Of a stretch of DNA of 64,000 nucleotides, positions 58,001 to 64,000 are shown in pieces. The notes beneath the pieces are model-generated. The model searched no databases. It was not told the origin of the DNA and saw nothing but the letters and a program-made list of their open reading frames with translations. The stretch is taken from the NCBI GenBank assembly GCA_044892525.1, contig CM097888.1:2170001-2234000 (forward strand), written 5' to 3'. Each line of letters opens with the position of its first letter. Within the stretch, counting starts at the first letter, position 1. Origin of the DNA: Schmidtea polychroa. Lineage: Eukaryota. The position numbers were made by a program, and so were the translations under genes.

Positions 58001-61000
58001 ATCCTTGAAGGTTGTGATCAAATCCATGGAGAATTAATCCACCTATTCAAGTGCTATCAATCTATTGCTATTGAAGAATGCCCAAAAACAGTTGATCTAG
58101 ATCAGATTCGATCAGTTGTGAGCTTAGTCTATTCAAATTGGACCTTGCTATTCAATTCCACAGATCAAATAAGAAGTTGGAAAGGATCATTATTCTCTCT
58201 TGTAAAATTTTGAATTCTTTCTCAATTACAAAAAAGATAAATGTTTAGTTCCAAGTCTCAGCAGCTGCGGAAATGATATTGGAATGGGAGAAGGAATCGG
58301 CAGCATTCAAATTGAATTATAATTCAAGAATCATGATTGTTGAAGAGACTCGGGACGCTGTTAATGAATTTGCAAGTTTTATGCCATTCTTCCGCCAGCT
58401 ATCCTCCCAGATGTTTACTGCAAGTGTTTGTTTATTTATAATTATTGTTTATCTATATATAGTTACAACATTGGCAGCAATTTTTCCTTCAAATTGGTCA
58501 CGAATTCATTGACCCTTATGATAAGTTGACTGTGCAAGATTTAATAGATTTGGATGTGAGGCAACATTCACGGATCTTGGATGCATTACACAATGATGCG
58601 GCAATGAAGAATAAAGCAAACAAAGAATTTGATTACCATTTGAGATATTGGATAACGAAAGAATTCGAATTTGATGAGCACAGGACAGATTTGCACTGCC
58701 AGAGATCTCTTCATGAACGATTCGAATCAATCGCCATCTCCAAAACTCCAATCGCCAATCGCACCCGATCTGAACTGGAAAAATATCATGTATGCCAATT
58801 TCTGTGAATGATAGAATTATCTTGCTTATCCAGGACAACAAAAGCCTCGAAGACAAGCTGGAGAGGTTGAGCAGATTACCCATTACCAATAATGAGAATA
58901 GGGAAATATTTCTGATTGGGGAGCTAAATAAATTGGATGAAGACATTGCCGACTCGATTATTTCAATTCAATTGAGAAAGCCTCAGGCAAAAGGTGACGA
59001 TCGTTATAAGTTACTCGTCCGAGCTCTTGAGGATCTAAGGTTAACAACGACTACCTTGGGAGAATGCCAGGAAAAGGTAGGATAGTTCGTTTGTAACTGT
59101 AATTATATTATCATAAATTGGGGAACCACAAATTGAAATGAGTAAGTACTCAAGTAAGAGCCAAGGAAAACATAAAAGAAATCCAATAAATTAGCTATTT
59201 GTTTTGAAAAAGTCGAGAATAAAAGGTTAAGAGAAAAATGTTAAGAGAAAAATGTTAAGAGAAAAGACAATAAAATTCCAAAGTTTATTTATAACTAAAA
59301 AATTATGGAAATATAATTTCTGTTAAATCCTGGATTTATTAATTGATAAAATAATTATTATTAATATTTATAATATTATTCACCATTGATTAATTATTTT
59401 CAATTTGAATTTCATTTTTGTTCGTTTTTCGATAAATCAATAAAATGATTTATTTTTCACAGCACGAATTTATGCCGGTCTTTTCAATTGATTTTTGATC
59501 AATTCTTTTTTATTTATTTAATTATCAGTTTAAAAACGAAGAAAAGGATAGAAGAAATAGTGCAAAATGTTGTGATTTATGTGAGCTATATTTTGATTTA
59601 ATTTTTATTCCGTTTTGTATTGTTCTCAAATCTCATAATAAATGGCTAGTATTGAATTGAGCATTATTAATATATTGATTGAGCATTAATAATATATTGA
59701 TTGAGCATTAATAATATATTGATTGAGCATTAATAATATATTGAATGAGGATTAATACTATATTGATTGAGCATTAATAATATATTGAATGAGGATTAAT
59801 AATATATTGAATGAGCATTAATAATATATTGAATGAGGATTAATACTATATTGATTGAGCATTAATACTATATTGATTGAGCATTAATAATATATTGAAT
59901 GAGGATTAATAATATATTGAATGAGCATTAATAATATATTGAATGAGCATTAATAATATATTGAATGAGGATTAATAATATATTGAATGAGCATTAATAA
60001 TATATTGATTGAGCATTAATAATATATTGATTGAGAATTAATAATATATTGATTGAGCATTAATAATATATTGATTGAGCATTAATAATATATTGAATGA
60101 GGATTAATAATATATTGAATGAGCATTAATAATATATTGAATGAGCATTAATACTATATTGATTGAGTATTAATAATATATTGAATGAGGATTAATAATA
60201 TATTGAATGAGGAATAATAATTATTGATTGAGCATTAATAATATATTGAATGAGGATTAATAATATATTGATTGAGCATTAATAATATATTGATTGAGCA
60301 TTAATAATATATTGAATGAGGATTAATAATATATTGATTGACATTAATAATATATTGATTGAGCATTAATAATATATTGATTGAGCATTAATAATATATT
60401 GAATGAGGATTAATACTATATTGATTGAGCATTAATAACATATTGATTGAGCATTAATAATATATTGATTGAGCATTAATAATATATTGATTGAGCATTA
60501 ATAATATATTGAATGAGGATTAATAATATATTGATTGACATTAATAATATATTGATTGAGCATTAATAATATATTGATTGAGCATTAATAATATATTGAA
60601 TGAGGATTAATACTATATTGATTGAGCATTAATAATATATTGAATGAGGATTAATAATATATTGAATGAGCATTAATACTATATTGATTGAGCATTAATA
60701 ATATATTGAATGAGGATTAATAATATATTGAATGAGCATTAATACTATATTGAATGAGGATTAATAATATATTGATTGAGCATTAATACTATATTGATTG
60801 AGCATTAATAATATATTGAATGAGGATTAATAATATATTGAATGAGCATTAATAATATATTGAATGAGCATTAATAATATATTGAATGAGGATTAATAAT
60901 ATATTGAATGAGCATTAATAATATATTGATTGAGCATTAATAATATATTGATTGAGCATTAATAATATATTGATTGAGCATTAATAATATATTGATTGAG

Positions 61001-63209
61001 CATTAATAATATATTGATTGAGCATTAATAATATATTGAATGAGGATTAATAATATATTGAATGAGCATTAATAATATATTGAATGAGCAATTATACTAT
61101 ATTGATTGAGCATTAATAATATATTGAATGAGGATTAATAATATATTGAATGAGGAATAATAATTATTGATTGAGCATTAATACTATATTGATTGAGCAT
61201 TAATAATATATTGAATGAGGATTAATAATATATTGATTGAGCATTAATAATATATTGAATGAGCATTAATAATATATTGAATGAGCATTAATAATATATT
61301 GAATGAGGATTAATAATATATTGAATGAGCATTAATAATATATTGAATGAGGATTAATAATATATTGAATGAGCATTAATAATATATTGATTGAGCATTA
61401 ATAATATATTGATTGAGCATTAATAATATATTGATTGAGCATTAATAATATATTGAATGAGCATTAATAACATATTGAATGAGCATTAATAATATATTGA
61501 ATGAGCATTAATAATATATTGAATGAGCATTAATAACATATTGAATGAGCATTAATAATATATTGAATGAGCATTAATACTATATTGATTGAGCATTAAT
61601 AATATATTGAATGAGCATTAATACTATATTGATTGAGCATTAATAATATATTGAATGAGCATTAATACTATATTGATTGAGCATTAATAATATATTGAAT
61701 GAGGATTAATAACATATTGAATGAGCATTAATAATATATTGAATGAGCAATAATACTATATTGATTGAGCATTAATAATATATTGATTGAGCATTAATAC
61801 TATATTGATTGAGCATTAATAATATATTGAATGAGGATTAATAATATATTGAATGAGCATTAATAATATATTGAATGAGCATTAATACTATATTGATTGA
61901 GCATTAATAATATATTGATTGAGCATTAATAACATATTGAATGAGCATTAATAATATATTGAATGAGCATTAATACTATATTGATTGAGCATTAATAATA
62001 TATTGATTGAGCATTAATAATATATTGATTGAGCATTAATTAAGAAAGCAACACCCAATCATTCTTTTAACGATATATTTCGATAGCTCTCCTTTCATCA
62101 TCATTATACCTGTAGAAATTATAGAGTTTTGAACAAATTAATAATTGTAATAAATATTAATTATATTAATTTTTTTAATAAAAATATTTAATTTTTTAAA
62201 AAATTATAATTCAAATAATATTTTTTTAAATTTTAACAATCAAATATAAAATTTTAAAATATTGTAATTTAATTTAATTATTATTTAATTTAACAACAAT
62301 CTATACATACAATATACAAAAAAATTATTTAAAAACATTCAAAATACAAGTATTCACTGCATTCTGCACATTAATTCTCGGATTAAATCACTTTATCAAT
62401 AACGCCTCACAAATTACACGTTCCCAATATTTATTGAAATTTTTTAATAAAATTTTAAAATCAGACATACCTATTTTAATCTTACAGCCCTTATTGTGCT
62501 CACCAATATGGGTCAAAGCCTTGGGTCTATAATGTTCTCGAGCTCGAATACAGAGATGACAGGAAGCCTCTCTAATGTATGTGGCATTACACCCATTACA
62601 TGTAAACTGATAAACGATATCGGAACAAAATCCAACCGGCGGTTTAGACTTATCAATAAACATATTGCGTACTTTCCATGAAGTTGGCACTATCCTATAG
62701 TTTAAATTCCCTAACTGCTTTCTTATCTTCACTTTATAATACTTAAAACTCATCAGACTCACACACCTTAACAACATCACACCCATATTTTATCAAACAT
62801 GGATCCTTAGGATTTTTAATAAATTTTCAACAGTCGCTTTTACCATAATTAATAAAAAGGATTTTGAATAACCGTTCTTCATTAACAATTCAACCAATTT
62901 GTCAACACTTTTTACTGAATTTACAAAAGCCGAACAAAAATACCATGAACGATAAATCAACCCCTTCACCATATTTCTTTTATACCTGAATTCACAAAAA
63001 CTTTCGGATGAAGTATAAAGACCAGTATCAGTTGGTTTTCTATAAATCTCTGTCTCATAGTGTTTCTCTTTGCGTTGTATTAACAGATCCAAGAAAGCAA
63101 GCGATGATTTTTTCTCCGTTGTTTTTCTTTTTTGTCATCGTTCGTGCTAAAGGGAACCCATAGTAACTCCATCTATTTGTTGATACCATTCATTATTGAT
63201 AAGGAAAGT

Positions 63210-63243
<34 letters not shown>

Positions 63244-64000
63244 TAACTTTATTTTTTCCTTTTTAGTGGCTCTTTTTAGAAAGAATATTCGAGGAAGAGT
63301 CTTTCGTCCAAGTCCATTTGGAAACTGCGGCTAAATTTGTCATTGTAAATAAAGACTTTCTGGCCCTACTCGATCAAATCAAACAGTCTCCCCTCGTCTT
63401 TCATCATTTGCCACTTGGAAAAGTTCTTCTATCGGAAAAGGATATTGAAGGTTACAATTTGAAATCTCGTTTGCTAGACCTAATAAAAATGATGAATGAA
63501 ATTGTATGCAATGTCGAAGAGATTATGAAAAATGTCAGATATCATTTCCCTAGACTTTTCTTCCTTACTGACTTTCAATTGATTGAGCTACTGAACTGTC
63601 AAATATCTCAAAATATCCAAAACATCAACCGCTTTGTACCAATTGTTTTCCCGGCAGTCAAGCGTTTGAACTTTGATGAAGCCAAAAATGCGATTTCCAT
63701 AATCAGTGAAACAGAAGAAAGAATAGATCTCTACAAGACGGTCTGTCCAAGAAATTCAGCTTCTCAATGGCTAAAAGAATTTGAATTAGTATTAAAATTA
63801 ACTTTGAAATTCTACATCGAATCTTGCATTGTTCAACAATCACAAGAGTGCAATGAAGTATTCAAAGAAGGTAAAAAAACAATATTCATGACAGAAAGAA
63901 CTAAGTCAACGATGTTTCAGGAAATTGATACCGTTAGTAGATAAATTATTAACTGACATCATTTGCTATCTTATTTCAGATTGACCAGATTTCCCACCGG
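46094..64000 (+). CDS. Divergent dynein heavy chain (DNHD1-like) gene, multi-exon, continues beyond the window
   Basis: First exons 46094-46230, 46276-46386 and 46432-46510 are joined by 45-nt introns. Linker-region motifs LTVQDLIDLD (58526) and FPRLFFLTDFQLIELL...VFPAVKRLNF...QWLKEFE (63318-63932). A 44-nt intron at 58790-58833 keeps the frame. Linking all exons into one gene is inferred. Confidence 0.65.
46972..47870. repeat. Tandem segmental duplication, period 449 bp
   Basis: AATTTAATTAATTGTTTTTATTTTGATATTTC... starts at both 46972 and 47421. Confidence 0.9.
47232..48047. repeat. 14-bp minisatellite (ATTGACCAATCATC) in two blocks, 47232-47422 and 47681-48047
   Basis: Direct reading. Confidence 0.93.
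51394..51756. mobile_element. hAT-type MITE
   Basis: TIRs CAGGGACGGCTC / GAGTCGTCCCTG; 8-bp TSD ATCCTTTA / CTCCTTTA (7 of 8 match). Confidence 0.8.
53197..53260. repeat. 24-bp tandem repeat (TTAACCAATAGGATTAACCTATAG), about 2.5 copies
   Basis: Direct reading. Confidence 0.8.
57480..57745. repeat. Degenerate ATACATATAATG-type minisatellite
   Basis: Direct reading. Confidence 0.8.
59651..62040. repeat. 22-bp minisatellite (ATTGATTGAGCATTAATAATAT and variants), about 108 units
   Basis: Direct reading; intronic in the dynein-like gene. Confidence 0.97.
62388..63092 (-). mobile_element. Degraded Penelope-like element (RT C-terminus and GIY-YIG)
   Basis: DLLIQR...YRKPTDTGLY...MVKGLIYR followed by IVYQFTCNGCNATYI.EASCHL..R..EH. 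Confidence 0.85.

Noticed and set aside
59651-62040. CRISPR-like array
   Set aside because: The units are contiguous with no unique spacers, the context is eukaryotic and there are no cas genes.

Overview
AT-rich genomic DNA from an invertebrate animal, with N-gaps and many 43-51 nt GT-AG introns. Two host genes could be assembled by hand. The first is an amnionless (AMN)-like gene on + (14864-43874). The second is a divergent dynein heavy chain (DNHD1-like) gene on +, starting at about 46094 and running off the window end. A convergent pair of paralogous secreted-protein genes lies at 10002-13568. The AMN introns hold a stack of mobile DNA: (1) an intact pogo DD35D transposase; (2) hAT MITEs; (3) a defective Polinton/Maverick (adintovirus-like) element folded into a 4255-bp inverted duplication, encoding a capsid, a ZnF-PLA2-integrase, a packaging ATPase and a pX-like protein; (4) a truncated hAT element; (5) a 5'-truncated Gypsy LTR element. 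The strongest leads are three tRNA-like Pol III units next to the Polinton capsid gene (a possible analogue of adenovirus VA RNAs), a Gypsy Pol fused to an FN3/transmembrane env-like module, and a Gypsy accessory ORF resembling a catalytically dead REX4/ISG20 exonuclease. All family calls come from motif recognition by eye; no database searches were run.
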